Assembly (NCBI GenBank): GCA_028534125.1
Contig: CM052816.1
Coordinates: 70,620,001 to 70,684,000 of the forward strand
Direction of reading: 5' to 3'
Origin: Lama glama
Taxonomy: Eukaryota
DNA: 64,000 nt
Below are positions 27,161 to 41,115 of this stretch, piece by piece. Both the position numbers and the translations under genes were made by a program. Positions within the stretch are counted from its first letter, which is position 1. Each line of letters opens with the position of its first letter. The notes under the pieces were generated by a model. It did not search any database. It had not been told where the DNA came from and saw nothing but the letters and a program-made list of their open reading frames with translations.

Positions 27161-28395
27161 CCTTGCATTCAGCAATTCCCATGTATTAAACTCTCACTGA
27201 CTTTTTACTCAAAGTTAGAAAGCCAAATAAGGGAAAACAAGTTTTGAAAAGATTAGCATCTTATTAGGTTTGAACCAGACTAAATGTTTAATGGAAAAAA
27301 TTCCTCAGATATGATTTCTTAGTGGATAGCATTTAAGGCTTTCGAATGTGTTGGATTTGAGAGGTTTTAAACTGTTCTAAACTGATTCCAAACTGACACA
27401 AGTTTATCGCCCCAAGTGCTTCCATCTCTTTTTGCTTTTAGGGAGCCAATTCTGTCCAGGCAAAGGAACCCAGCTGCTAGGTGACACTCCTTGAAAATAT
27501 TACTTCGAAGAAAACCCCCGACTGCTGTAGCCAGTCATAATACAGACAGACTTTTACTATTATTATTCTTCCTGTGATTCAGAATAAAAGTGAAAAGGCC
27601 TGGGAGGGAATAAACATACCACTTTCCAGAAATGTGAAGTACTGGAAAAAGAGATTTGCCATCTCTCTGGGAGGGTCACACCTCCAAGACTCTAGGACGA
27701 GATGTGCAAGGCAATGGGCTCCGAGGCCTGTTCCTCCTGAATGTGGCTGCAGAGTCCTTCCTCTGTGTCCAGGACCCCGTCTCTAAGAGAGGGATGGCCT
27801 GAGCAGCTGATCACAGGCCTCCCCAACTCTCTTTCCATCTGTGAATGAGCTTTCTTAACTGACTATCTAATTCACAACACAGTTCCTTCAACAGCCCCAG
27901 CTTCCCTATTCCTCCCTAAGAATGACAGTTTCTAGTGTCTTTATGTGGGGTGGAGGGGCAACATGGAGATTTTATGCTATGACTCAGGAACAATTCTTGT
28001 AGACTAATAAACACCAACTTCATGGTTTAAGTGCCCAACGATGATCAGCTGATACATTCAACTGCCGGTAAGACATTATTAATGTTCATCTTTCCCATAA
28101 AGAAACCATCTTTATTTGAAAACAAGAATATGTTTTTGTTTCTACTGGCACATTGGTTTCCTATAGCACCTAAAGCAGGTAAATGTCTTAAGCATTTACT
28201 CCGGACCAAGCATTATAAAAAATGTCAATAATCTCAATTAATTTTTCAGAAAAAAACCCTACTAGGTTGGCAAAGTTTACAAATGAGGAAACTGAAGTCA
28301 GTCACTGACATAGTCCATATAGAGATATTGAACTTGGGAGGTCTAACGCCAGAGACTTAACCACCTAACACTGTCTCCCTGCTGTATGTTGTTCC

Positions 28396-28752
28396 TTTTT
28401 TCTTTTATTTAATTGAAGTTTAATTGATTTACAGTGTGTTTGAGTGTCTCGTGTATAGCACAGCGATTCAGTTATACATATTCTTTTTCATTATAAGTTA
28501 TTACAAGATATTGAAGGTAGTTTCCTGTGCTACATATTAGGACCTTGTTGTTTATCTATTTTATATATAGTAGATTGTATCTAGTAATCCCAAACTCCTA
28601 ATTTATCCCTTCCCTCTTTTCCCTTTTGGTAACCATAAATTTGTTTTCTGTCTGTGAGTCTCCCGTTTTGTAAATAAATTTGTTTGTATTTTTTTTTTTA
28701 GGTTCTACACATAAGTGATGTCATATGATATTTGTCTTTCTCTGTGTAACTT
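28396..28752 (-). mobile_element. 5'-truncated lineage-specific L1 3' end
   Basis: T tract, aattgaagtttaattgatttacagtg...caagatattgaagg...cccttttggtaaccataa...ataagtgatgtcatatgatatttgtctttctctg. Confidence 0.88.
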
Positions 28753-29245
28753 CGCTGTTCTTGTCTTTATGAAGTTTTTGTGACTTAGTTTATGTTTAGT
28801 GATACATTTAAAATTAATCTTCCTTAGTTTATCAAGAATATAAGCCTACTTGTAATTACCAATTTCATTTTGTAAGAGAAACTCACATTGTCAAATCCCA
28901 TCATAAACGTAACTATCACTACTGTAAATATATCTTGCAATTATGTGCCTCCTTGGAGTAACAGTCTCAGATGACTGAATTGAGAAAGGTGATGATCTTA
29001 TTATTTTAGGATATAGGAATCATAAGATGGTTTCTAGTAGACTGGAAGGCTTAGATCAGTGTTTTCCAAACAGAAAAGATCAGCCCTTCTCCATTCTTCC
29101 AACAAAGGCTCCAAAACTAGAGCCAAGACCAATCCTGGGTGGGAGTGCAGTCACCAGCATGCCTCCCAACCTCCACCTAAGTGAAGATCTCTCCAACCAA
29201 AGCTGATCATGCCCAGTGGTGCTAAAGAGATGAACATGGGGGTGT

Positions 29246-29351
29246 AAGGTTGCTAGACATTCAGTTAAATTCAAATTTCAGATAAACAATGAATAATCAT
29301 TTCAAGTAAGTCTGTCCTGTTCCCCTCTAGCCCCTAAATCTGACAATCTTA
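29246..29351. mobile_element. MER53-like palindromic hAT MITE (internally deleted)
   Basis: aaggttgctaga...cagttaaattcaaatttcagataaacaatgaataat...atctgacaatctt, with inverted ends. Confidence 0.6.
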
Positions 29352-32204
29352 GGAAGGTGGAAGAGAAGCACTTGCTCTATGTTTTATGTTTTAAACTTTG
29401 GCACACCTCTAAATTGAAGTTTAACTGGGCGGGGGGGTGTAAAAACGCTGGTGGGTTTTGCTCTTTTAAATTTTTGGCCTACCCTGCTTAGCATTTGGTG
29501 CCTAGTAGGAAATCTGCATATATTAGCTAGCTCCTCCTCTTCCATGGTTGAAGTCTGCCAGCTGGATTGAACAGCAGTGTTTCGGCTGAGGACAAGTGTG
29601 CGTCAGGGGTGGGGAGAAACAACATCACCTTCCTCTCTCCTGGCTTCCGGTTCCTTCTAGAGCCAAATGTCAGCTGGGGAGAAGCAGAGATAAGAGGCAG
29701 GAGTGTCCTGAGGTGACCTCAAGCAGACTTGTGACTGTAGAAGCCAGGTGCTCCCTGAGTCTCTGACACTTCCATCAGGCTTCAGAACTAAAATGAATCT
29801 CTTGCTGAGAATTTCCCAGGCTGAAAATTCTGTAATCCACTGACTTTGATCATTTAAAATCTAGCAGTGCGACTAGTTCTGAAGTTTTTGCTGGTGAATC
29901 AGACATCCACCCCAGTATCAGGAGCCCATGAGTAAACTGAAGTCAAGATTTAAAGGAAGTAGTCAGAAAAAAAAATCAGATAAAAGAAAAAAAAATGTGC
30001 CAATTATTCAACTGGTTTATATGATTAGGTAAAAAATTTTTTTCCAAGAAGATATGAAGCCTGAAACGGATACAGGCTACGGTTTTCCTAACTAATTGGC
30101 ATCTCTGCCCTGATGAAGGATGCGAGCCAAAAACTGTCCCCCTGGACTGGATGAACTAGTGATGTGACATCAGGCCCCGGAGTCAGACCCACGTGAGTTC
30201 CAGGCTCAGCAGGACCCCTGCTTCTTCCAGCAGGTGGCTGAGCTGGGGTCTGAACAATGCCTGTTTGACTGCAGGCCTGTGACCCTAACACAGTATAGAG
30301 GCTGCCATGGTAAGGAGTTTAGTAAATGTTAGCTGTCTTACTCCCACTGTTCTAAAAGGGTTAGTGGATGTTTTGTTTTAGCTCTCCAGCACCCACACAC
30401 TCTTCCTAGCTGGGAGAAGGGGCGGCATTTCAGGATACAGAGGCGATGGGGATAGGAGTATAGAATAGCCCTTCACCTTGCCTCCGGTCCACACGTGGGC
30501 ATGTGACCTCTGGATGGTCAATCTGATGCTCCTGCTCATTAAAGATGACTCTCAGAAGCTCTGGTTGAGTTTTAAGCCAAGTGGTGGTGGTTGTCTGGGG
30601 GTGGCAATTCTTTCTGCTGCACTGTCCCACACCAATGATTTCTGTAGCAGAGATCTGACTGTGTCTTCCTCTTTTTCTTCCCATCTGAGCCTCCCCATCT
30701 TCTAAAATATTTCTTGTTGCCTGCATCACCAGTTGCTTTCTGCTATTTGCAACTGACTTAGAAATACTAAGAGGATTGTGGTTTGTTTATGACTTACAAA
30801 CTGGCTAAAACACCCAAAGAAAGCTGAGTACTTGAAGAATGACATTTAAATAATCATTAACAGGTACCACAGGAATTAAGGTGACTAAATGGAAGGAAAG
30901 ACAAAAACTATTGTTCAACCTAAGAATTAACATTAATTTTACTTGATTAGAAGTTTAATGGTGGGTTATGGTTGATATAAACCCCACCTCAGCATTATGG
31001 GACTGCATGAGCTTCTGTGGTTCAGCACACAGAGCCGGGACCTCCAAGGTGGTGGTTATGGTTCTCTGTGGGCACACAGTGGTATTCTTCAAGGGGTTAC
31101 TTTTCCCGGCATGAACTTCCCAACTGAAATGTGCCTTTCTATGTTCCTCTTCCTTATTGGCTTGTATCAGTTACAAAAGTAAGGTTTTCACCTCCATCCT
31201 CTGTGTGATGAGGTGAGACATGCATAGGTATCCTAACATAAAGAAATAAAAATAGAATAAAGACTGAGAACGATCTGGCTAGCCTGTCTTGCTGAGGATA
31301 ACTGGATGGAGTGGGTCTATTTTTCTGGTTATAGCACCATTTTTGACAGATAGTAGGCACTTGTAATAGGAAGAAGCTGGGGCATTTCTTTTGCCTCATA
31401 CCACCATGGCTGATCTAGTCCTCAAGTGGTATATGAGATGGTAAAAAGATGCAATAGGAAGGAGGAATAAAACTCAGTTAAATAGTGCTCTTATTAATTT
31501 CCAGGTATTTTGCTTAAATCATATTATTTATTCCTTTCAACTCTATAAGGAAAGTTTTATCACTTTTTTCCACTGTACAGATTGGAGCTCATAAATCTAA
31601 ATTTGTGGATCATAAAGGTAACATGACAGAGCTCATCTGCAGTAGAGCTAAGATGCGCCAGGTAAGAGCCAATGTTCTTACCGCTGCTGCCTGCTGATTG
31701 AGTAAAAGAAGACATTCAGATCCAGACTCAAATACCATTTTCTCAGGTAATTTCAGCCAACAATTTTAGCTTTTACTCTGTGTACAATTTATGATTTTGC
31801 TGTCTTGTTTTGTCTTACATAATTCTCACATTCCAAGATTTATAAGTTCTCTCCTTCAGGAGGTGGGAACGAGGTTCACTACTTTTTTGTAACCCCCTTC
31901 ACTGTATTCAGCAACATATGTGCATCAATAAATATTTACAAATTAGTGACTATTAGTCATAATGGTGAGTTTACTAAAGCAAGTCAAAATGCATAAAGGT
32001 ATGGTCAAATCCCTCAGTGAGGCATTAAAACTAAAGAAATACATTTCCCTCATCAACTTTTTAAAAGTTGCCTTTTCAACAGTGGGGATAATTAATCTAC
32101 AATTTCACCCTTTCTTCTATGCCTCATCTCTCTTAGTCAGATGCTGACTGGTATCATGGCCATGGAACACTTAAGGGCAACGAGCCTAGTAGAAGAGAAA
32201 GGGC

Positions 32205-32380
32205 CAAAGTCTCACCTGGTTGCAGAGAAAGAGACGCCTGGGGAACTTTTAAAATGTACAGATGCTTGGGTTCCTTTCCCGAATATTCTGACTTAATTGC
32301 CTGGGGGTGGGGCCCAGTCATCATGTGATTTTAAAACTCTCTAGTTGATTTTAATGTGCTGCCTGGTTTTGAGGATTGCT
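32205..32380. mobile_element. MER5-like hAT-Charlie MITE
   Basis: cctggggaacttttaaaatgtacagatgc...ttctgacttaattgcctgggggtggggccca...gattttaatgtgc. Confidence 0.65.
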
Positions 32381-35300
32381 GGCCGAACTAAAAGAACATT
32401 CCAGTAAAAATAAAGACCTGTGTTTTCTCATGGCCTCATTCTTTGGGATGGCAAGCAAGGTTGATAGGGGAGGAAAATACAACGAGGAAAGTGGCAGGAC
32501 TGTGCAACTTGGCGTTGTCACTGGAATGTGGCAAACTATTGAAAATATTTGTAAAGCTCAGAAATTTTGTGTTCCTATTAATAAAGTGTTTTAAAGAACT
32601 GTCTCTCCCCTAATGTTCAAGTTTAAAGGCCCCCAACAACTTTGAAAATATGGGAGTATTTGGCAAAGCATTCCAAAAACTGACCCTCAGCTCTGGAATT
32701 TGCTCCTTCTAGCAGGCTGCGCTCCTTAGCAGTCAGCCAAACCCCAAATCTGGCAGCTTTTGGAATATGGTGCAAAACAGATTCTTCTTAAACCTGAGAG
32801 TCACTGAAGATTTATTCTGCTGGGAAGACACGACTTTTAAAAATAACAAGCAGTTATTGCTACTGCAGCAAGGAGAACCAGGGATCTGCAAGAGTGACTA
32901 TGAAGTCAAGTGCCACCCGTCTTCCCTCCTTCCACCGACGAAGACGTGGAAGTTGGAAAGGATGAAATGATTTCCCTGTCACACAGCCTGTTGGTAGGGC
33001 GTGGGCACATCCTGATCTGATTCCCAGGCCAGTTCTTGTGCCTGCCCTGCCACAGCCACAGCGTCCTCTGAGAATGGCCTGGATGATTTCTTCTGTGATT
33101 CAGTTATTCAGAAATGCACTGTTTCTGCAAATGCTTATATACAATCTTTGGTAACTGGAGCAAACAGCTTGTAAACTACATAGTAACTTTAAGTGTGCAA
33201 CATCCTTTTTATAGTCTCAAATGTAAAATCTGGTTGTATTACTTTCTTGATTCTGACAATTAAAGTTTCTAATTCATTTAGAAGGGCACATGTGAACCCA
33301 TGCATCAGATGCAAAGCTAAGAGCTGTAAATCTACCCTAAACCATTATAAAAAGGCCGGGTCTTCTCCACATTTCCTGTCTACTCACACCATTTCCCACT
33401 GTATTTTACTGTGACCTACAGACAGTGTAGAAGCCAGAGATAAGTGTGAAAATGATTCCCGGAAGGGCAGGAAAAATTCTAACTCTTGTTAAGCCTTGTT
33501 AAGTCCTAGCAAAGACTTAGGCCCAGAGTGACTCTAGTCATAACAGACTCATTTTCTTAAAAATAATTGACTACATTTAATGAGGCAGAGAATTTTGTCT
33601 CAGCTCTTCCCACTTCTCCACATTCCACACATTATTCCATTTCCTTTCACCCCGGCTGAGAATACCCTGGAGACACAAAGGGGTAGAGAACTATTCCCAG
33701 AGTTCATTCCTCCTCATAAAATATATTGTGTTCTTTTCTCCCTTCTGCAGAAAACTTCCTTTCCTTCCACCACACCCAATCCGTCTTGGCCATTTAGTGA
33801 AATCCACTACTTAAGAAAGGAGTGGTTATTGCTTATGAAGGCTGTTTCCCTCAATTTCATACCAAGGATAAAATGATGAATAAAGAGATAGAAACGACCC
33901 CAGATCCTCTTGCTGTTTAGCCTCCATGCTTTCTGCAGGCCCAGGCCAGCTCCAGACACTTCCTTTCAGACAGCAGACCTGGAAGTCTGCTTCCCTTTCC
34001 CTGAGGTGGTCACCACCACCCACTATAACCTGCACATCCTCTTTCCCAAGAATGGCTGTGGAGTAGGACATAATGTCCCATGCTCCCTCCCTCTCTGTCC
34101 CCTTCCTTACTGTCCTAAAAAAAGCAACAAGCTCTCTTTTCTGGTTTAATTGTTTTGCTGTTAAGCCATGAGAGAGAAACAGGAGATAAGCAAAACATGG
34201 GAAACACAAAGGTTCCAGAACCTCTCCATTCCTTTCAGTCTGGGTCCCTGGTCTGTATTTCTGAGTCCACTGATGCCTTTGTCAGTTCTGAGGACAGGAG
34301 GCAACATAACCTCCTTCCTCCATGATGTCTCTTCTTCTCAGGTTTGCTGACTCTTTTCTGTAAACATTTAACATCTAGAGAGCTTAGGGACCACTACTTA
34401 GAAGAAAAAAATGTTACCAAGTAAATTTGAGCAAAATGCTCTCAGTTCCCTTTGCCTCATTTCTCTAGAAAATAATGCAAGATCAGTGTGAGCTTCTGGA
34501 ACTGATCAGTCTAAGCTCTGATACACCTCCCCACTGAGGCCAGGCTGAGTTAAGTGCACCCTCCAAGCTCCCAGATTCCTGCACAGTTCTTACTCCTGTA
34601 CCTGCAGTGCTGTGACTGCTTGCTTTGTGTCTGCCCGGCCTCGCTGGAAGGAGGGGACTGTGATCTCCTCTATTGGCCTCGTATTGCTGAGGGTTGCCAG
34701 AGTGCCTGGCACATCGTAGGTACTTAGTAAATGGTAATCAGAAGAATGAAATGATTCTCAGAAGAAGACAGAGGGCAGAGTCTTCCTCCAGCAGAAAATG
34801 AACAGTCTTTCAAAGAATGGACAACCGGACTTCAAAGCTGAGTTTGAGTCTCAGTGACACTGAGAGAGACATAGTCTTGCCCCAAGATGAAGAATTATTT
34901 GATAAATAAGGAGGGTTTAAGGCATTTTAGAATCCCACATAATTCTTTGCTCACTTACCCCAACCACTTCCCAATATGCACTGATGACAAGAAGATGAGT
35001 AAGAAATTGGAATGGGATGGATCAAACAGGAATGTGGGCCCTAGAAAAACTCGTTTGTATGACTTTGATCAAGTTACCAACCCTCTCTGGGCCTCAGTTT
35101 ACATCTGTATCATGAAGTGAGTAGGCCAAATGATATATAAGTTTTCTGACAGCATTAACCTTTTATGATTCTAAATAATTCAGAGCCATGTACTGCAATA
35201 TATTTTCAATCTTTCTCTCCACCTCATCAAAAGAAGAAGAAGAAGAAGAAAAGACTCCTAGCATTGTCAACACTACACTTGGAGAGGAAGAAAAAACTCT

Positions 35301-36369
35301 AAATTATGGTCACAGGATCAATGAGCTGAAACACAAGATTAAAATGTTTTACATCCACAGAGCAATTTTTCACATTGGTGTCAAACAAAAAGTTCTAGTG
35401 GATGTTTACACTAGGACTTGATGAAAAATTCCAGACATACAAGTTCTGGAACTTGAAGTCAGAGAAACTCCTACCTCTGAATAAATTTTACATCTGAAAT
35501 CTATTGGGTTTTGTTTTTTTTAATTCCTTAAGAAGTATTCATCTTTCAGCAATTACTTATGTTCTCGTATTGAGACTATTACGGTATTGTAAAACTCTGG
35601 CTATCCAGAACTGTCATTCCAGGTCCGGCAGATAGCTTAAGATTTCAGGTTCCACTACCTCTTAATGATTTTACCTTGTATTTCCTTCACTTCTGAATGT
35701 AATGCACTGAAATGTCACTCAGTGCTTTCCTCAATATGAGCACCAGTGACGATAACACAACAATGTCCTCCGGCCCCGGTGGAACACTCTAAGCCCCGGC
35801 CTTTTTTCTTTTGATGGGGCTTCAGGGTCCATCTGAGCTGTCATTTCTCACTGCAGTTACCTCCCTGTCAGCTTGGCCACTTGTAGTCATCTCTCCTTGA
35901 TAATTTGCTGATAAAAGGGACAAATTTCTTAATTCATTTTTGCATACTCAAGGGTGGCATAGTTCCTGCCTGCTAATTAAGGTGCTTAAAGTTTTTTTTT
36001 TTTTAAACAAGCTTGCTAAAACTTGGGGTGAATAATAAATAGATTCTGAGTAAGGGCTTGAGGGGCTGGTTTAACACACAGACTTGCAATAGTTTCTGTA
36101 TACTTTCTAATTCTCAACTATATTCCAGCTGGATTAGAGGACCACAGGATTGAGTTCCTGATTTTTCTTTTCATGAGATGAAAAATAACAGTGGTAGGTA
36201 AATTAAAAAAACAGACAAAAGGGTTGCATTAACTTTGGTTGATTATATAAAACTTCGTGTTACCCGATGATTTTTCTAGGCACATCTGACCTATTCCAAA
36301 CAGAAAATGGAGGAATGAACTGGCATTCTTGTATTTTTTAGGGAGTTGCTTGATTGGGCACCTTATCAT

Positions 36370-36530
36370 AGCTACCAGCTATGTGGTTTGGGACAAATTA
36401 TTTAATCTCTTTTTAGTTTTCTTATCTGAAAATAGTAATGATAAACCTTTCTCACAGGGCTCTTCAAAGAATCAAATAATTCCTTTTAAAGCACTTGCCA
36501 TAGGTCTGGCCCTTCATAAGCACATGGTTA
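36370..36530 (+). mobile_element. MIR SINE fragment
   Basis: taccagctatgtggtttgggacaaattatttaatctct...cttatctgaaaatagtaatgataa...aaagcacttgcca. Confidence 0.55.
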
Positions 36531-38499
36531 CTTTTATTTTTAGCTCTTCATAGGCACTGCCCCTGGAGTTGGGGCAGTGGTGCCAACCCTGTGCAGGGCC
36601 AGGCAACATGGCTGCAAAGACATTTTTCTCCTGTTATTTGCCTGGCAGATACTGTCTACCTCAGTTTTGAGTGTTTTGGAACCAAATGTGGCAGCCTACA
36701 GCCTAAATCAAAATAAGCTCTAAGTCGTCCAGGTCTCCTTCATTATAGGAAATGGGCATTTCCACTACACCAGCATTCTAAACAATGGGATTTCAATGTG
36801 GGAAATGTTAAGGGATAAAGGAAAGGAAACTTAAAAGAAGAATGGTAATCCAAATCCCAACAATTTATCATAAATGTCACAATCTTTAGCAGCTGGCATC
36901 TAGAAATGTAAGACCTTCTCATATTGACACCAATTATTATAGAATTTAAAATATTCACTGTCAAAGGCAAAAATGATAGTCTCAAATATGTATGTAACTA
37001 CAGTATTGCAAGAAAAATGGATTTTCCTCAAGGAAACACATTAGCTTCTCCTAAATTTAAATGACTAAATTCACAACATCCCAATTTCTTTCCCAGTGTT
37101 ATTTACCACAACAGAATATACTAACGTTTCTTAAAATAGAGAAATGAAATACTGCAAAATAAATAGGCTTTCAACTAGTATACTTGGCAATCTATAAAGA
37201 ACCCTTTATCTCTATCTATAAAGAACTAAAATGTGGATGAGAATACAGATAGTGATACTATATCAAACACTCCTTAAAAAGGAAGAATTCTTGCCATACA
37301 AAGAAACAGGATGAGATCTTACCTCCACTGCAGCTTAACAAATATCTTTTCCCAATGCTTTTTCATAGTCTTTCTAATTTAACTATCTCCTTCCTGAACC
37401 TAGCCAATTTTTTTTTATTCCTAGTGAAGTTTACCTGCTACTTAATGATATTAAGTAATTCCTCAAATTGTTCCAGACCATTACTATAGACCTTACTTTC
37501 CAACATCTTAATTAGCTACGTTGTTGACTTCGAATCTTTTCTACATAAGGCATCCTTGACACACAAAAATATTATACTTGCATCTCAACTTCATTAGAAA
37601 TCATTTTGGGTTTTCAGTAACATGTTTGCACTAAACTTCTAAACTGAAAAGTCATCAGCAATAAACACAATACATTAAGAAAATCTTGAATAGCACTTTT
37701 CTAAACTACTGCATCTCTTAAAATACATAAACTGAACCACAGCACTGAGTTTAAATATACTGACATCAATATGAAGAAAACTGTTTTATTTAGGGTTTTA
37801 AAAATTTTATCTGAAATTGTTGATTCTTTTTTTTAGCTTCTCTTTACATCCTCACTTTAGTTGCTTTTCACTACGTGGCAATTTATTTACTTAAAAATGT
37901 GTATCAACAAAATGATGGGCTGATCATAATCAATTTTTAAAAGATATTAATAACTTTGCAAGATTTATGCCATAATTCTGACATTTGTGGTTCTGTAAAC
38001 AGAAAAGAGGAAGCGGTAATAGAAATCAAAAATGCCCATTAGGACTGGGGGCACAAGGGCTAAGGGCCCTAAAGCAGTAGCCCTTAGGCCTGAATGAGAC
38101 AGAGCTTGCTAACAGTTCTTACACTATGGGAATCCCGGAAAAAGTCTTTTAATAAATTCAATCATCACCCTCTAATATAACTTTTTTTTTAAAAAACTGG
38201 AACCTTTCATATACTAAATTTGTAAATATACATATATGTTAAGATCTGCTTAAAAACCATATACAAAAGTAATTTGACTTTTACCCCCAAACTTAGAAAT
38301 TTATTTTAAGAATTTAAAACTCAACTTTCTATAAACTCAACACTTCAGCTATTCTTCTTGTGTATATCTAATATCCTAGAGAGATGTGCAGGAGAAGAAA
38401 CAATTATATGACCATATTGACTGCTGACATGTATAAACACCTGTGCTTTGTTATAATATAGATAATGGTGTCAAACAGAATTTAAAGAAATTAAATATT

Positions 38500-39740
38500 G
38501 CTGTTTCCCTATGCTTCAGTGCCTAGCCCTCTGTTATTTCTAGTTTTACTCATTCTTCCTAGGTCATTTTTTTTCCCTTCCATGATTTCAGGTGCACTTA
38601 CACACTGACATCTCTTGTATAATTATTCCCAGCCACCTGCTCTTTCCTGAACTTCAGACCTGTATGCACAGTTGCCTAGGGGACTTTCTTATGCAGACTG
38701 ATTCAGTCATTCAGTCAGACATGTTTTGGGCATCTACTCTGTGCCGGGGATTGCTATTAGCACTGGGGATACAGCAGTGAACCTAGCAGACAATAATCTC
38801 TGCCCTCACGGAGTTTATGCTCTAGACAGATGATTAGCAAAATGACTAAGGGAAATAAGCTTTACAGAGAAAAATAAGACAAGGAAGGGAAAAGAAACTT
38901 GGAGAAGTTACATTTTTTAAAAAGACTGGTTTAGGAAGACCTTACTGAGGAGGAGGTGACTTTTGAGCAGAAAATTGGAAAGGAGTAAGGAAGTGAGCAT
39001 AGAGCAATCTGGTGGAAAAGCATTCCAGGTGTTGCACAGACACTTCAAAACAAAGAGTCAAAACTGAACTTAACTGTTTTTCTTTGCCAGCCAGCTTCTC
39101 TTTCTCTATTTCCTGCCTCTTAATTATGCCATCACCTTGTCCACCATGCAAGAAAAAACATTTTGAGATTTACCCCTAGACTACTCCTTCCATAATTCTG
39201 AACAACAGCCTCAAGTCCTTTTGATCCTATCTCCCAAAGCCTCCTCTAGACTTTTCATTCTAATTGCAAGGAATATTGTTACTGACTTTGTATAAGCTGT
39301 CGTCATTTTCTTCTTACATTTTTCCAATAAGTATTTTCTTAACTTGCATTATTGCCTCCAGTCTTGCCTCCTCCAATCCATCCTTGATGCTGCCAGTGAT
39401 AAAAATTTGAGAAATGCAGTTTATCATGCCATTCTCCTGCTCAAGCTCTTCAGGGTTTCTCATTAAGGTCGAACCCACATTTTTTCTTGTGGCATAGAGG
39501 GTCTAATATGATTAACACACTGCCCTGCTCTCCTCCTCTGCCTCATAATCTCTCCAGGTTTATCATTTTAAGTAAACTTACTGGCTCTAGCTCTATAAAG
39601 CTCCACCTAAAGTGACCTCTTACAACACTGTGCCCTCTTATACTTTCTCCAAGTTACTTTTCTAAGTGATTTGTTTACATGTTTCTTTCCTAAATCCAGC
39701 TCAGTACTTGGTCCAAGTAGAAACTAAAAAATGAATGGAT
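38500..39740. mobile_element. Plus-strand L2 (about 38500-38695 and 39045-39740) interrupted by a minus-strand L2 3' end (about 38700-39040)
   Basis: ctttcctgaacttcagacctgtat... resumes at caaaactgaactt...cctccaatccatcc. The insert starts attcagtcattcag...catctactctgtgcc...ctggggatacagcagtgaac. Confidence 0.6.
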
Positions 39741-40834
39741 AAAATTAAATGTACTACCTATAGTGATGGTGTAATATAAATAAGGATGCCCCACATCTAA
39801 GTTCTGGCCACAGGCAAAAGCACTTCTGTCTCCTCAAACCCTCAGAAACCCCTTTTCAACATGCAGTTCAATATATTCTGATACTGAACACAAACAGCCA
39901 GTTTTAGCTGCTTGGAAAACCATCTGATTTAAAAGCGCAATAGTCTTTTCCCAACAAACAGCTTCTATTTAGGGGAATTCACACAGACACATCATCTATG
40001 TACTTTTTTCTAGCAACACAGAGAATTTCAGTTCCAGAAAGCTGGTTTAGGGATTAAAAGAGGAAACTAAAGTTAGTGAAGGAAAACAAGCAGATAAAAG
40101 AAAATTAGCTTTCCAGTGGCTACTCCAGTGGCATCCGGGAGGAAAAAGATCCAACTTGTATACTAAGTAATGAAAGTGAAGTCCAGAATCAAGAATCGAA
40201 ACATAAAATTAGAAAAATATTTAACATATAAATGGGAGACCAGGAAAAGCAAAATGAAACAAATTGCAAACTTATTTATTGAGCCTTGCTAGGGTAGCAA
40301 TCTTTGCTTACAACTTAATAGTAAATGGAAACTTACAGAACATTGCATTAATTCAAAAGGTATGTTATTGATAGTGTTTCCATTTATTACCAGTCATTCC
40401 TTATTAAGGAATAGCAGTTGGAATTAAACTACTGTATATGATTTCCAAAGACCTATGATTCATTTTTTTTTAGAGAATAGTAAAAAATAATTATCTGAAT
40501 TAATTTTTAATTTTCTGTGCTCCTGTCACTACTTTGATATTTACACCTATGCATTTAGGAAGATTTATACTCTTGATAATGGTACTGGTATAAAATGCAA
40601 TTTTTAAAAATAGGAGTTCTTAAAGACATTTTAAAAACTTTATAGACCAAAAACTGGCTTTCATTTATAGTTTTATGGATAATTTAACTGAATATTGGCA
40701 ATTAGCTCTCTTAAAAAATCTTAAAACTCAAATCTTTTTCTCTATGGCTGGCAACCCTAGCCAGAGGCTGACTAGCACAGGGAGCATAAGCTATTGTCCG
40801 TGTTTATTAGCTTTTATAAAATTATGCACAGCAG

Positions 40835-41115
40835 TTAACTGGAGATGTTAAAATACAGATGCAATTCTCTAGGTCTAGGGTTGAGCCCTGGATTCTAGTC
40901 TCAAACAAGCTCTCAGTGGATGCTGCCAGTCCATGGACCACACTTTTGAATAGCAAGGTGGGAATCAAGGTTCCCAGCCTTGATGCCTGTTGGAATTATG
41001 TTAGCTTAAAAAAAACAGCAAAAGCATTTCTAGGGGGTATAAGGTTATTTAGTCCAGGATCCAGTCAGGGTACTGAGTTTTAAAAGCTCCCTGAGGCTAA
41101 CAGACAGCTAAATTT
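40835..41115. mobile_element. Two adjacent MER5-like fragments
   Basis: aacaagctctcagtggatgctgccagtccatggaccacacttttgaatagcaagg and ttttaaaagctccctgagg blocks. Confidence 0.5.

Noticed and set aside
8126..34209. Longer intronic ORFs (8126-8494, 8802-9152, 21465-21806, 22555-22944, 33826-34209)
   Set aside because: Lengths are compatible with random ORFs, several use non-ATG starts, and none has a recognisable domain.
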